Origin: an uncultured virus (IMG/VR IMGVR_UViG_2061766007_000832)
Taxonomy: Duplodnaviria; Heunggongvirae; Uroviricota; Caudoviricetes
Reading direction: 5' to 3' (one strand)
Length of the DNA stretch: 64,000 bases
IMG/VR virus record: IMGVR_UViG_2061766007_000832
The position numbers and the translations under genes are program-made. Below the pieces are notes generated by a model that saw only the letters and a list, made by a program, of their open reading frames with translations, was not told the DNA's origin and did no database searches. This document shows positions 19,852 through 32,888 of this stretch, one piece after another. Position 1 is the first letter of the stretch. Each line of letters opens with the position of its first letter.

Positions 19852-22076
19852 TTAGTTGTCATATAATATTTTCTCAAAGTTAAGCTGATCACTTGTAACG
19901 CCGCTGATATAATCATCAAGAGCAAGCATATCAGCTTCTGCATTGATAGTCCATGTTTCCAACGGCAAACCAAGAGTAACGCAAAGGTTTAACCATGTGG
20001 AATCAATCCCGCTTGATGACAGATTGATAAATACCTCGTTTCTTCCAGTCCTTAATTCTGTTGCTTTTGTGATTTCTGCCGTAATTGAATCACCGGAAGG
20101 GAGTCTGCCTACCCTTGCACATGGATCATACGCAACCACTTTCATCAAGTTGTTATGGTAGAATGAAATCCATGTTACCGCTCGTTGCATATTGTACTTT
20201 TTAACAATCTCAACAAGAGATAACACCTGTGCGGATGTAAAAGATCCACCACTTATTTCTATATAAGGGAAAAGTCCTTTGTTTCGGCAGAATACAATGA
20301 ACTGTTCAAACGTTGGTATCTTTGTTCCTGCGTATGTGGAACTTACTGCGATACCAAAGTCATATTCAAGCGCCTGTGCGTATGTTATTGATGCAATATT
20401 TACCGTTCCGGATATTTCCGTTCCATCAGAATTTCTTGCCGTTCTGTTGATTGATTCGTCATGGAGTAAAACAGGCACACCGTCAGAAGTGAACCGGACA
20501 TCAGTTTCCACAAACTTGAATCCTTCTTCAACTGACTTCTGATATGCAGGAATAGTGTTTTCCGGTGCTATGTAAAACCCTCTGTGATTGATTCCTTTTA
20601 CCCTGTGAGAATCGAAGTCATAGGTCACAGGATCATATACAACAACGTTTCCACTTACCGTTGCGAGAAAAGCAATATTGCTTGTTGTAATTGTCAATTC
20701 ATAATCATCGAACCCACGGAATGTAAAAGCAACCTGTTTTACATTGCTTCCCGGTGTGTATGTNNNNNNNNNNGTGTAAAACCCTCTGTGATTGATTCCT
20801 TTTACCCTGTGAGAGTCAAAGTCATAAGTCACAGGATCATATACAACAACGTTTCCGCTTACCGTTGCGAGAAAAGCAATATTGCTTGTTGTAATTGTCA
20901 GTTCATAATCATCGAATCCACGGAATGTAAAAGCAACCTGTTTTACATTGCTTCCCGGTGTGTATGTCAGGTTTAACAGCATAGCTGTTGCCGATGTAAG
21001 TGTCCTTCTGTAAAATGTTCCGTCATTTAACCACTCACAGGCANNNNNNNNNNCCCATCTGAAAGCGTGGTCGGTATGCTAACCATTCCATCCACATTGT
21101 TTTTCATGTCAGAGACAGTTTTTACTGTATTCGGTTCTCTATTGAAAATCAATGCGTTATATGCGTTTGCTTCATCCTCTGGTGTGAAAACTGCTTCAGC
21201 TTTTTTTGTTGTCCAGAAGAAATACTCTCCGTCAGCAGGACACGTATATTTTAAAGTTGTGCTTTCGATCGCATGAAGCACCGTCATATTATCGGTATAA
21301 TATCCACCGCCAAATTCAAATATCCACGTATTATCCCTATTTACTGTGTCACCTTTTTTCAAAGACAAGTATTGCCCACTTGCAAAGGACATACGTTTAT
21401 TATTTGAACCGGATGCTTCTGTTCCGTTGCTTACATAGCGGACCAATCCTGCTTTATATTTTGGAGGAACAATCGTTCCGTCATAATTCAGCAAACGATT
21501 TTCATAATGCCCAGATGCTTCTTCAACAGTATTTAGTTCGGCAACAACATCTGAAGATAGTTTCTGCTTCGTAACGCTTCCGTCCTCAATAGATGCTGTT
21601 GACGGACTTACCCATACAGGATGAAGATTGTTGTCTAATGACAAAACCTGACCTGATGTTCCAGCGGTTGACGGTGCATCCTGTTTGCCTTGAATAGCTG
21701 TCAATACATCAGTTACCTGTTCCCCTACAGTTAGCTGTGTCCAATGCGCTGCTGTCCAGCTTTCACTACTCTGAATGGCACTATTCGCAATGTAATACAG
21801 TCCTTCATGAANNNNNNNNNNAACATCAGTTACCTGCTCCCCTACAGTTAGCTGCGTCCAATGCGCTGCGGTCCAGTCTTCACTACTCTGAATGGCACTA
21901 TTCGCAATGTAATACAGTCCTTCATGAATACACGGCTGGCCCTGGGCAACAGGAAAAGTCAGATCCGCATAGTTAGGTGCAATGATGCCTACACTATTCT
22001 CCTGCCGTTCACGCAGATCGTTATAGAGTAATTGTACAACTTCATTTGAAGCAGCCTTTTTAATTATTTCACTCAT
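19852..22076 (-). CDS. Tail-associated protein with C-terminal glycerophosphodiester phosphodiesterase (GDPD); probably one gene, broken by gaps
   Basis: INHRG, APENTIPAY, VETDVRFTSDGVPVLLHD, KIPTFEQF, TWTIN, GVTSD; N-terminal fibre-like segments. Confidence 0.8.
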
Positions 22077-24909
22077 GCGCTCACCCCATATCCGTCAATA
22101 ATCGCCTGTGCGTCTGCCAGTGTCATGTATGTAACAGGTTCCAGCTTCGTACCGCCTGTACTGTCCGGATTGCATCCAACGTATACATCACCCATGAGAC
22201 GTTCATTGCCTTCCCAGTCGAGAACCCGGGCATTGGAACGAGCATCGTCTGCGGTTCCGTTACCGATGATCTCGACATAGTTCATCTTTCCGGCCTGATC
22301 AATCCAGTGCGATGCAGTCCAACCGGAGTCCGTGTTCTCTGTTTTACAGATATATCCTTCCACAACGGTCTGTTCGTCAACAAGCCTTGTGCGTTTCCGC
22401 TTNNNNNNNNNNTATCCTTCAGCGTGTGAGAAGCTCCCTGTCGCAATAGTTTGGAATCCTTCGCTGTGCGCTCCGTCACCGCTTGCAACTGTAATGTCAC
22501 CTTCACTGTGACTGAAATTGCCTAAAGAACCAGAAGTATAATTTGTCCCGTTTATTTGGAACGATCCTCCATAACCCTCTGCGTGTGATAACGCTCCGGA
22601 TGCAATCGTATTACGCCCTTCGGCGTGGGCGTTGGTACCGCTTGCAAGTGTGCCGTTCCCTTCTGCATGAGATTGCGGTGCTGAAGCGATGGTATAAGCG
22701 CCCTCAGAATGTGCCTGTTCTCCTGAAGCGAAGGTGTTCTGTCCTTCTGAGTGNNNNNNNNNNCATGCCAACAGTGCATGTTTCACCAGGGGTCCACTCT
22801 GTCCAGTTGTCGTAGCTGTCAGCGATATTATACTTACCGGACGCATGGCTGAATGCACCCGCAGCAATGGTTGATGCGCCTTCAGCATGGCTTTGCGGAC
22901 CGGAAGCGATAGTCCCGCCACCTTCAGCATGTGCGTCTGTTCCGGTAGCTTGTGTTCCGCTACCTTCAGCATGTGCGTCTGATCCGGTAGCTTGTGTCCC
23001 GCCACCTTCAGAATGAGAACCAATACCAGATGCGGTTGTGCCTGAACCTTCTGCATGCGCATATGAACTTGATGCGGTTGAATTATACCCTTCCGCATGT
23101 GCTCCGACAGCAGACGTATTTGTGTTATATCCTTCAGTGTGTGAGAAGGCTCCTTCCGCAAGAGTTTGGAATCCTTCGCTGTGAGATCCGTCACCGCTTG
23201 CAACTGTAACGTCACCTTCACTGTGACTGTAATCGCCCAAAGAACCAGAAGTATAATTTGTTCCGTTCCTTTGNNNNNNNNNNGTTGGTACCGCTTGCAA
23301 GTGTTCCGTTCCCTTCTGCATGAGATTGCGGTGCTGAAGCAATAGTATAAGCACCTTCAGAATGTGCCTGTTCTCCTGAAGCGAAGGTGTTCTGTCCTTC
23401 TGAGTGCGCTCCTGTACCTGAAGCAACGGTTTTATCGCCTTCGCTGTGGGAGCTTGTTCCGGACGCTCTTGACGTATATTCAGTTGAGTTATACGTAAAG
23501 ATTCCGCCAGTTCCTTCAGCATGAGAGTTGGTTCCGCTTGCTAAAGTTGACTGACCTTCCGCATGGGCAGCCTGTCCGCTCGATTTTGTTTCACGGCCCT
23601 CGGCATGAGAAGAATTCCCTGTTGTTTCGGTATAATATCCTTCAGCGTGAGAATAGTCTTCTTTTGCATTGGAATGATATCCCTCAACATGGGCATAATC
23701 TTCAGTTGCTTCTGTAAGATTGCCTTCAGCATGCGCTCCGTTACCGCTTGCAAGCGTATGGTATCCTTCAGCATGTGCATATAGGCTCGTTGCGCTTGTA
23801 TATTCGCCTTCTGCATGTGCAGCTTCTGCTGTTGCCCCTGTCTGGTGTCCTTCGGCATGAGCGCCTACCCCTTGTGCGGTAGTAAAAGAACCTTCCGCAA
23901 AAGCTCCATTTCCTCTCGCCGTCGTGTACCGTCCGAAAGCATCTGAGGCAAGACCTGACGCTTCGTTTTCTTCACCAAACGCAATGGATGCTGCACCAAC
24001 ATTGCTACCTGCAGCTCTTCCACGGCTCAGTGTGGTTTCGAGAACAGTGTCCCGCTTGTCCGCTTTCCGTGTCTCAAGGTCACCGCTTGTGATATCAATG
24101 TACTGTGTTCCCGTCCATCTGTACTGGTGGTTGTTTGAAAGACTGATGTAGATTTTTCCGCTTTCACCGGGCATTGGGAACATGCTCAGTGATGCAAACT
24201 CGAGAACATCGTCAACATAGCTCGGCAGCTGTTCAGACGGCACTCGACCGGAAGCATCGAGTCCTGCCACGCCGTTTGCAGAGCCGATCTGTGCAGTGTC
24301 TATTTTCCCGCTCAGTTCCTGCTTTGTGGCAAAGTTGTTTAGTCCGAGCTGCTGATTGAAGTCCGTAGGATCAGGGTTCTGCAGGTCGCCGTTGTTCGTC
24401 CAGGTCATTACACCGTCCGTAATGTGCGGAGTAAATACTGCACCAGGGTCGCCTTTGATCTTACCTTCTTCAATCGCCTTCTCGATCTCGGCAATGACCA
24501 TGTCCGGAATCTCTTGCACGACTTCCATGGCATCATTGATAACACCAAGCGCCTGTTCGATAAAGCTTTGCTCTTCCGGAGTCGGCTCTGTGGTCGGTAC
24601 ACTTGCCCTGGCACGTACGGGAACATGGTTGCCATAGATCGTAACGGACTTGTTCTCGCCCGTCACGTACAGCCAGAAGTACACAGGCTTTCCTGTCTTC
24701 GTAACATTGTACGGGATCACAACTCCGGACGCATCGCCAAGTTGTTTCTCGGCAGGGCCAATGCTCTTGTTTGCGAAATGCACCTCATAGGAAAAAGGCA
24801 GATCGATGTTCTTAAACTGAATCTTCTGCCCAAAGTCATACTGCCATATGAAGTTTTCTTCCCCTACGGGTCTGTCTATGAGATCGTACTCAATCACATT
24901 TGCCGGCAT
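22073..24909 (-). CDS. Baseplate/tail-fibre protein with BppU-like N-terminus and 14-aa SHAEG (YadA-head-like) repeats; gapped
   Basis: IWQYDFGQ, YEVHFAN, LPSYVDDVLE, many (S/A)HAEGxxTxASG repeats, IIGNGTADDARSNA. Confidence 0.85.
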
Positions 24910-24944
24910 GCGATCACCTCTTGCTTCAGGTCGATCTGGAAATT

Positions 24945-24983
24945 AAAAAGCACCAAACAATGATTTCTCACCGTTTGGTGCCT
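24945..24983 (-). terminator. Attenuator before the fibre gene; contains conserved hairpin copy E (24967-24983)
   Basis: 14-bp stem GCACCAAACGGTGA-GAAA-TCATTGTTTGGTGC-TTTTT; element AG-G-CACC-AAAC-GGTG-AG. Confidence 0.8.
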
Positions 24984-25005
24984 CAACATATTCTTTTACG
25001 AATAT

Positions 25006-25034
25006 ATTGTACACGAAACTTACTTGTTTTGCAA
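25006..25034 (-). promoter_or_regulatory. Promoter for the fibre genes
   Basis: TTGCAA-17-TACAAT. Confidence 0.7.
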
Positions 25035-25041
25035 CGATAAT

Positions 25042-25977
25042 TTAACTGATTCGCCGGATCCAATCGTAAAAGTTCTCGCTCATATCCATTTCAATGCCCG
25101 TAAAAGCCTTCGCTGCGGACCTGAGTATTTCCGTCATGATAAGCCTGTCAACCTTCTCGAAATCTTTCAGATGCTTCCTGGACATCTCAATAAACCTCTG
25201 TTCTTCCTCTGGAAACTTATAGTTCTTCTGATGGAATGCCCAGTATGCATCCGCAAACAGCCGACCCACCATGTTTACATGATCGATTCCTCTGCGCTTG
25301 AACTCAGCTACAACATACTCGTTGCGGTCTATGAATCCCGTAATGTTCTTTGCCTTGTTCAACGGATCCACTGACACGCTGTCCGCCCTGTACGTCCACA
25401 CATACAGCGGGAATGCTGTCTTAATTTCCCCTCGTCTGTTTGGCCGTGCAATCTCGTTCACCAAGGCACAGAAGGCACTGTCTTCACTGTAGTGTATGCC
25501 TTCCGGGAAGAACAGTTCGTTGTCGATCAGCCACTGCCGGCGGAAGAACTTGCCGTGTACCCATACAACGTTCTGTTCTTTCTCACGGAAGTATAAGCCG
25601 TTCTTGCCCATGCACTCGATAAAGAACATTGTCCACATGTAGTCAACGTCCCTGTCAAAGTGCTGCATGATCTGGTACAGTGCGTAGCATGTCGTAAACA
25701 TATCGTCAAAGTCACAAAATGCCACCCATTTAGCGTCCGACATGCGCAAGCCGTAATTCCGTGCAGCTGACACGCCACCGTGCTGTATGGGACATTGTAC
25801 GACCTCGTATGGGTATCCGGTGAAGTATGCATTCGGGAACGTATCGGTTCCGTCATGCACCAGAATCACCCTGAAGTCATTGAAATTAACGCCACGCTGA
25901 CAGGCGAGCATATCAAAGAACGGTTTCCCGAGCGTCCATGGCTCCTTGTAATGCGGTACGATCAGGTCAAGTATCAC
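25042..25977 (-). CDS. GT2-family glycosyltransferase inside the tail module
   Basis: LDLIVPHYKE, VILVHDG, GGVSAARNYGL, VAFCDFDD, VHGKFFRR, YSEDS. Confidence 0.92.
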   Translation of the reverse strand: MILDLIVPHYKEPWTLGKPFFDMLACQRGVNFNDFRVILVHDGTDTFPNAYFTGYPYEVVQCPIQHGGVSAARNYGLRMSDAKWVAFCDFDDMFTTCYALYQIMQHFDRDVDYMWTMFFIECMGKNGLYFREKEQNVVWVHGKFFRRQWLIDNELFFPEGIHYSEDSAFCALVNEIARPNRRGEIKTAFPLYVWTYRADSVSVDPLNKAKNITGFIDRNEYVVAEFKRRGIDHVNMVGRLFADAYWAFHQKNYKFPEEEQRFIEMSRKHLKDFEKVDRLIMTEILRSAAKAFTGIEMDMSENFYDWIRRIS

Positions 25978-26231
25978 TGGCGCAACACCACCGATACAAC
26001 ATTCACACCCTGACTGAGTCCGATGATGTGAATATAACCCGTGTAGACGTTCGTATCGTCACCGTACTCATAGGTGATCTCGGACAGCCTTTCGGGAGTT
26101 AAAAGGTTCACAAGCTGAACAATATCCATACCGTTTCCGATATACAGAAACAGATTGTTTATGTTCACGGCAGGATAGCTATTCTCGAGGATCGTTCCGT
26201 CACTTAGCTTCAGCGTTCCCATCCTGTACAC
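25974..26231 (-). CDS. Hypothetical tail-module protein
   Basis: ORF coupled to its neighbours. Confidence 0.65.
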   Translation of the reverse strand: MYRMGTLKLSDGTILENSYPAVNINNLFLYIGNGMDIVQLVNLLTPERLSEITYEYGDDTNVYTGYIHIIGLSQGVNVVSVVLRQ

Positions 26232-26529
26232 CCTCCTCGTAACGCTTCACTTCGGCAATTGCTTCAGCGCTTACAACAGGTTCCGATGCTTCCTGTGCCT
26301 TTTTCGCTTCAGCTTCTTCTGCTGCTTTGCGATCCGCTTCACACATCGCAACGAAAGCTGTAAACAGATTCTTACGAACAGTACTGATTGTAATTCCGAA
26401 CTTTACCACCTCCTCGTTATTGTAGGTAAGTGTGTCAAGCCGTCTGATGCTGTCATCAATTACGTCAAGCACAGTTACTGTCTGTTCCTCCTGAGGTGCT
26501 TCCGGTACGAGTTCGAGTTTGTTTTCCAT
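26200..26529 (-). CDS. Hypothetical acidic protein after the tail-tip gene (variant copy at 26814-27085)
   Basis: MENKLELVPE with AGGAGG RBS. Confidence 0.7.
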   Translation of the reverse strand: MENKLELVPEAPQEEQTVTVLDVIDDSIRRLDTLTYNNEEVVKFGITISTVRKNLFTAFVAMCEADRKAAEEAEAKKAQEASEPVVSAEAIAEVKRYEEGVQDGNAEAK

Positions 26530-27104
26530 TGTGTTTTCCTCCTTTTTGTTATGTAGCGCGAACATAATAATATTTCACGGCACCGCCACATGAAACCCTA
26601 ATCCCCCAGTAGTTTCTTCCTCCTGCTGCAGTGAATGTTCCGAGGTCTGTCAGCGCACTTGATCCTGAAGCACCAAGGTTGTTTGCCAAAGAAGCAAGAT
26701 CGCTTGCAACCGCATGAGACTGGCTGATAGAATGAGATGTGGACGGAATAGTATACGAATAACTCAATTCTCCGACTTGGTCCCAAGAATAACTTGACGG
26801 TGGNNNNNNNNNNGGCTTCTGCGCTTACAACAGGTTCCGTTGCTTCCTGTGCCTTTTTCGCTTCAGCTTCTTCTGATGCTTTGCGTTCTGAAATAATCAT
26901 TGCATTGGCACAAGCAAACAGATTGTCACGAACAGTTCCGATCACGATTCCAAACTNNNNNNNNNNNAGGTAAGTGTGTCGAGCCGACCTATGCAGTCGT
27001 TGATAACGTCCAACACAGTTACGGTCTGCTCTTCCTGTGCCATTCCCTGCGGTACTTCCTGTACCAGTTCGAGTTTGTTTTCCATTGTGTTTTCCTCCTT
27101 TTTG

Positions 27105-30100
27105 TTAAGTCGTGTGAACATAATAGTATTTCACAGCACCGCCACATGAAACCTTAATTCCCCAATAGTTTCTTCCGCCANNNNNNNNNNNNNNNNNNNN
27201 NNNNNNNNNAAGCACCAAGATTGTTCGCCAAAGTTGCAAGGTTATCTGCGTATGCGTGAGATTGACTAATAGAATGAGATGTGGACGGAATTGTGTACGA
27301 ATAACTCAATTCTCCGACTTGGTCCCAAGAATAACTTGACGGTGGAATCTTATCGTATGCGCTTTTCTTTGGCGTATATACGTTATACTTCCCATTTTCG
27401 ACACCAGCCCACCAATAAGAAGTTGCTCCTGTAAGAGCAGCTTGCCATCCAGCTTTAAAGGCATCCTTCCATATTCGTGTTGGAGTTGCCCCCCAATAGT
27501 CATCCTTTGACGCAATTACTGTACCACCGCCATTTTTTACTTTTACTCTAAACGGATGCTTTAAGTTCGAATTATAATACGATCCTGAAATAACCTGATA
27601 GTGTTTATATGCATCCCCGCTTTCCGTATAAGATTCTTCGGTTGTTATTGTAAGTCCGCCTATTGACGTATTCAGTCCTTCAGCATATGCATCTCGCCAT
27701 ATCTGTGTTGGGATCCCTTGCCAATAGTCATTCTTTGTTTTATCTGACATGCCTGTTGACTTTACTCTTGTTGTAAAAGCGAACTTCACGGTTTTATTCG
27801 CACCTGAACCGGATACAGTTTCATATGAGTCAGCAGCGCCACATGTATTTTCAATAGAAACGTTTGCCCATACATCACTTTTACCGTTTCCGTAAGCGTT
27901 GTTCGTTCCCCTTGCAACTGCTGTTCCGGCTGTACTTCCTTTGCGAAGGTATGTATAAGAGTTGTCACTTGTCACATAATACTTTGTTTCATCTGCGCTC
28001 CCACCAACCGTACTTGGCGGTGTTTTAACTGTCATATAGTTTATTGAAGTGTTCGCTGAACTCGGAAGGGATACTTTACCGTAAGCTGCCGTCCATCCGC
28101 TGTTGTATTTGTTGTGCGCAAACTGTGCATACGTTACATTGCTGTACCTCAAATAAACCGTATTATCATCCTTATTCTGAAGCACATAGTTCCTCTGCAC
28201 ACTGTCCCAGGAAGAGTCCGGTGTGTATCCGGGCCAGTACACACTCATCGTAGACGTGGTTCCTGATGACGGGAAGTGCATCGTGTTATAATACGCACGC
28301 CATCCAGCTGTATAACCGTTTGAATATTTGTTGTGTGTCAGCTGAGCCTTTACATCATTGCCAACCTTAATATACGCAACGTTATTGTCAGATGAAAGCG
28401 TATACGTTGTGGAGGTTGCATTCCCGTCAACTGTACTCGGTGGTGTCTTTACAACCATCGTCGTACCAGTTCCGTTTGCGGGAAGCGTGACCTTGTTGTA
28501 GGCAGCCGTCCATCCGTTTGCGTAGTCTGAGATGACGTTTGACAGCAGCGTCGTTCCGTTGGCATTTACAGCTACCGTCCTGTTTCCGGAGCTGTTCACG
28601 CTGCCGGTGCTTAATGAGATCTGCACCTCTGTGATGGCGTTGCTGCTCTGGTTCCGCGTGATCTTCGCATTGTTTGAGTTAATGCTCAGACCCACCGCAT
28701 TTTTACCGGCTGTCACACCTGCGTTGTACCCTGTCGTGTACTTGTTGTGCGTCACCTGGGCGATGATGCTTCCGCCTGTATTCCCATACCGGATATATGC
28801 CTTGTCGTTGTCGCTTGTTACGTAATAATTGTATGATGTGGCTGTTCCACCAACAGTACTGCTTGGGCGTTTGACTTCAATGTACTGCAACCTGTCAGCT
28901 TCTGGAACGGCAGCCGCAGGGAATGTTCCAGTGCTATCTCTTGCAGCAGACCATCCAGCTGAATAGTCTGTGATTGTAACGGTTGCCGTCGTGTTGCTTC
29001 CGCCGGCAGTCACGGTCAGTGTCCGGCTTCCGTTGCTTAAGCTGCCAGAGTTAATGCCCAGCGCAATGGAAGGAACAGTTTGTCCTGATCCTGCGCTGAT
29101 CGTAACATTGCTTCCACTTGCAACAAGGGAATAATTAACAGAACTGTTTGGAATCGGATTGCCGGAAACCGTATCGACAGCCTCGATATAATACTGACCG
29201 CTTGTTGCCCCAAAGTGTGCCCTTGCATTTGTGGTTGGCACATTAACTGTGACACTGCTCAGTCCGATATATCCGGACCCGGGTGTTACTGTTCCGTTTG
29301 ATGTCACGGTCTTGCTCTGCAACTTGCCAGAAACATCTGTTGTAACATTACCAACATCAACGGTTGTTTCTCCGTCGTCATATGTGGCTTTCAGCGCAAG
29401 TATTGCAGTTGTGCCGTTCCATGTTACATTCGCATTCGGAACAGCCGAAACAATGGTAGTATATCTGCTTACTCCCTGCGGATTTGCTGTTGCAACAAGC
29501 TTCCTGCTGCCGTCCCACTGAATTCCAACTGATGTGGGTTCAGCAGTACTTTGCGGAACGTCAATCTCAATATCGCCAAAGCCAACATATCCACTTCCGG
29601 CAGAATACAGTCCGTTTGATGTGATTTTCGCAGTGCCTGTTTTGCCCTGTAGGAAGTTGGCAATATCCATCGTTACATTGCCAACCTCCACGGCTGTTTC
29701 TCCTTCATCTATGGTTGCTTTTAAAGCAATCGTAGCGATTGTTCCGTCCCATGTCACATTTGCATTTGGAATGGCAGACATCAACGTAGTATAACGTGAT
29801 ACATTCTGTGGGGTTGCGCCAACAGTGAATTTTCTACTGCCATCCCATCCGGCGCTCAATGTGGTGGCTCGACTAAAAGAATCTACATTTTGCCAGTCTG
29901 AGTCATTGAAATCCTTTTTCTGTAATGTATAAGTATTTCCCGATTGCGTGATTCGTAGCTCAGTAATTGCATTATGTAGGTACTTATTATTTTGAGCACC
30001 GGATCCATTTACTCCAAGAACAAAATCATCAGCATAGACATATCCGCTGGTACTTATTGTTCCGCTTGAATATATACTCCTTGCATTTACAACAGGAATA

Positions 30101-31293
30101 CTTGCAATTGCTGACGAGATATAGTCTGCATCAATCGTGTCAGCAATTGTCTGACCAAGCAAATAAATCTTATTTGCATTGATCTTTACACTGCTTCCGG
30201 CATTATTTACAGCCAGCGCAATGCTCGCTGCGGTAACATTGCCGTTTGCGTCCACAACACCCTCAACCCTGGTTTCCCAGCTGGAGGCAGTCTGTTCCGT
30301 ATAAGACCGTACGCTGTTTACTTCATCAATGAACTCGTTCCGCAGATGCGTAGCAGTGATTTCAAACTCACTGCGTAAGCTGTTCGCTCCGTCTATAAAT
30401 TCATTCCGCAGATGAGTGGCTGTAATCTCGAACTCACTGCGCATACTCGTCATCTCATCAACGAACTCATTGCGCAGATGAGTGGCTGTAATCTCAAATT
30501 CGCCACGAACGCTGTTCACTTCATCAATGAACTCATTTCGCAGATGAGTGGCTGTAATCTCAAATTCGCTACGAACACTGTTCACCCCATCAGTGAATTC
30601 AGTCCGCATATGCGATACAGTGACTTCAAAATCTCCACGCAGACTGTTTACATTGTCTACGAACTCCGTCCGCATATGCGAAACAGTTACTTCAAAATCT
30701 CCACGNNNNNNNNNNNNNNNNNNNNNNNNNNNNNNNNNTTCAAATTCACCATGAAGACTGTTCACTTCGTCCGTGAACTCTGTCCGCAGATGTGACGCGG
30801 TCACTTCAAAATCTCCACGAAGACTGTGAACCTCGTCAATAAACTCGGTCCGCAGATGAGAGGAGGTCATGTCAAAATAACTGCGCAGGCTGCCAGCTTC
30901 ATTATGGAACTCTGTCCGCAGATAGCTTTCCGTAATCGCCAGGGAACTGTGCAGTATCCCGTCTTCACTTGTAAAATTCCGGAAGATCCCTTCCTGACTC
31001 CGTATACCAGCTGATCCCCTGCCGTACTTTTTCCGGCTTACCTTTGCAATCGGTTCACGCTCTTTATTGCCCGTTGAAATGATCTGTACGGTCGGTGCGT
31101 TTCCTTTCCACACCATACGGGTTACGTTCGCAGGGCTTGTATATGTATCACCGCCACGGCTAACAGTAATCATATCGCCGGCTTCCGTAGACCAGTCTGA
31201 AAAAGCATCCGCTTCAAACGGATGGTATGCCGGCGCATTATTAAGTCTCTGAAGGATCGGTTGCAGTGACGCTCCGGTTATCTGTGCTGCCAC
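27105..31293 (-). CDS. Large tail-tip / host-specificity protein with several internal repeat families
   Basis: About 1400 aa; 22-aa repeats FEITATHLRNEFIDEVNSVRxE, VKINANKIYLLG, Ser/Thr/Gly-rich beta repeats. End adjusted across the gap. Confidence 0.85.
30300..30940. repeat. 66-bp imperfect tandem repeats encoding the 22-aa repeat
   Basis: Recurrent CGCAGATGAGTGGCTGTAATCTC-like units. Confidence 0.9.
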
Positions 31294-31294
31294 A

Positions 31295-32437
31295 TTACTG
31301 CACCCCCTTTAACAGCGGATTGTCCTGAATCAGATATGAATCATTCGTGTCAACACCATACGTGTTCTCATATGATCCGTCCGATGCACGGTTTACAAGT
31401 TTTGTTATGGTAGTTGTTTCGTACCAGTACGGGTTAAACTCCCTGTATCCGTTTTCATCTATGGAGTAATCAGTATCCCGAAGCCAATCAAACACGAGCT
31501 GTCCGTCACGGTTAAATCGGGCGTTGCTCGCAGCAAGCTCCGCAATCCATCCGAGGACTTCCCGCATGGTCACGTTGGAAAACTCTTCCGGTTCCTCCGA
31601 GATTATTGCATTACTGTTTATGAATGAGTTCGTAACGTAATCAACGCCTACATACTGGCACATTTTCAGGAACAACGTTCCCACCGTAGCAGGATATGTC
31701 ATCCCAAGCTCTTCAGCGCTCGGCATATCCACTTCAAACTTCTGCATGAAGTCATAGCAGGTGAAGTGGATCTCAATCACGCTCGGCACGTTCGGTCTCT
31801 CAGCCGTAAAATATCCGAGCGGGACGAACTCATATGTTTTCAGTATGCCGTTCTGCCAGATCTTAAGGATTCTGTTTGCGTAGCAGATTCCTTTCCCTTT
31901 CCAGCCTGTAAGCTGATTCACCATAAACTCGTTCACGCTGATACTACTCTGATATGTGCCCGTGCTGTCCTTGTAGCACTTGGTGCTTCCGTTCGACAGC
32001 AGACAGTACACGATATCGTTGTAGATCAGTATGCACACAACCGGGGCCGTCGGCTGACTTGCCACTGCCGTGCCGTCCCGCTTCAGGTACGGGGACGAAC
32101 TGTATGCTACCCATGTATGGCTTCCGCTGTTCACCTGCACAGTGCCGGCAGGAGTATAGGCTTCGGTTCCGATCTGTGCGCCGATGGTCGCCAGGAAGTC
32201 ACCGAACTCGTAATTATTCAGGTAGCCATAGTCATTGAACAGGTTGAATATAAGCTCATTGGACAGTGCCTGACCGATACTGATATCCGTCTCAGTATTG
32301 AAGTAGTCATTGAACTCAATCCCGTAGGACACGTTTATGTCCCGTGTGCTGAACACAGCGTCCTGAAATATGAGCAGAGGAATCTGATGCGCTCCTGCAG
32401 CTACCGCATTATGAAACGCCTCACTTGCCTGGTACAT
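31295..32437 (-). CDS. Baseplate hub / tail-tip protein
   Basis: EFVPLGYFTAERP, CYDFMQKF, TMREVLGWIAE; position after the distal tail gene. Confidence 0.75.
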   Translation of the reverse strand: MYQASEAFHNAVAAGAHQIPLLIFQDAVFSTRDINVSYGIEFNDYFNTETDISIGQALSNELIFNLFNDYGYLNNYEFGDFLATIGAQIGTEAYTPAGTVQVNSGSHTWVAYSSSPYLKRDGTAVASQPTAPVVCILIYNDIVYCLLSNGSTKCYKDSTGTYQSSISVNEFMVNQLTGWKGKGICYANRILKIWQNGILKTYEFVPLGYFTAERPNVPSVIEIHFTCYDFMQKFEVDMPSAEELGMTYPATVGTLFLKMCQYVGVDYVTNSFINSNAIISEEPEEFSNVTMREVLGWIAELAASNARFNRDGQLVFDWLRDTDYSIDENGYREFNPYWYETTTITKLVNRASDGSYENTYGVDTNDSYLIQDNPLLKGVQ

Positions 32438-32471
32438 ACGACTCCTCCTTCTTGTATTCGCTTATGTAGTA

Positions 32472-32500
32472 ATAATACCACATATAGTATTAATATTCAA
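32472..32500 (-). promoter_or_regulatory. Internal tail promoter
   Basis: TTGAAT-17-TATTAT with extended TG, followed by ACTAC. Confidence 0.6.
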
Positions 32501-32888
32501 TAAACTTAAGCTTAAGGCTGAAATTTGCCCGTTCGTCACGGGTTGTGGAGTAATACTTTGCTTCACCGGTCCGGTCGCCAACGTAATACCGTCCGGTGTA
32601 GCTTGAGTTGAATGTGCGTGGATCCGGTGCAGTCATCATGAACTCTTCTGCGTTGATGAGGGAGAGGATCTGCTGGAGCATTTCCCATTCGATACTCTCC
32701 CAGCTGAACTCGTAATTGATCTTCGTCGCCACACGGGCTCGGTGAAGGGTTCCGGTTGCGTCACGGTTGCCGGATGTGTCGAGATCGCCTACCTGGTATG
32801 TCCACTTGGAAGGATCAGGAATGTTCGGAGTCTGGCTGTTGCCAATTGTGATCCCGAGCTCGTAGTTGTAATGCCTCACGATAATCAT
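32490..32888 (-). CDS. Distal tail protein (variant copy at 32956-33341)
   Basis: IPDPS, SGNRDATGTLHR, YYVGDR, LKFIEY; directly after the tape measure gene. Confidence 0.75.
   Translation of the reverse strand: MIIVRHYNYELGITIGNSQTPNIPDPSKWTYQVGDLDTSGNRDATGTLHRARVATKINYEFSWESIEWEMLQQILSLINAEEFMMTAPDPRTFNSSYTGRYYVGDRTGEAKYYSTTRDERANFSLKLKFIEY

Noticed and set aside
26549..27345. Two diverged copies of the tail-tip C-terminus and the following gene (possible DGR template/variable repeat or shufflon)
   Set aside because: The copies abut short N-gaps, differences are not confined to adenines and include synonymous changes, and no reverse transcriptase is present. Best explained as co-assembled strain variants.
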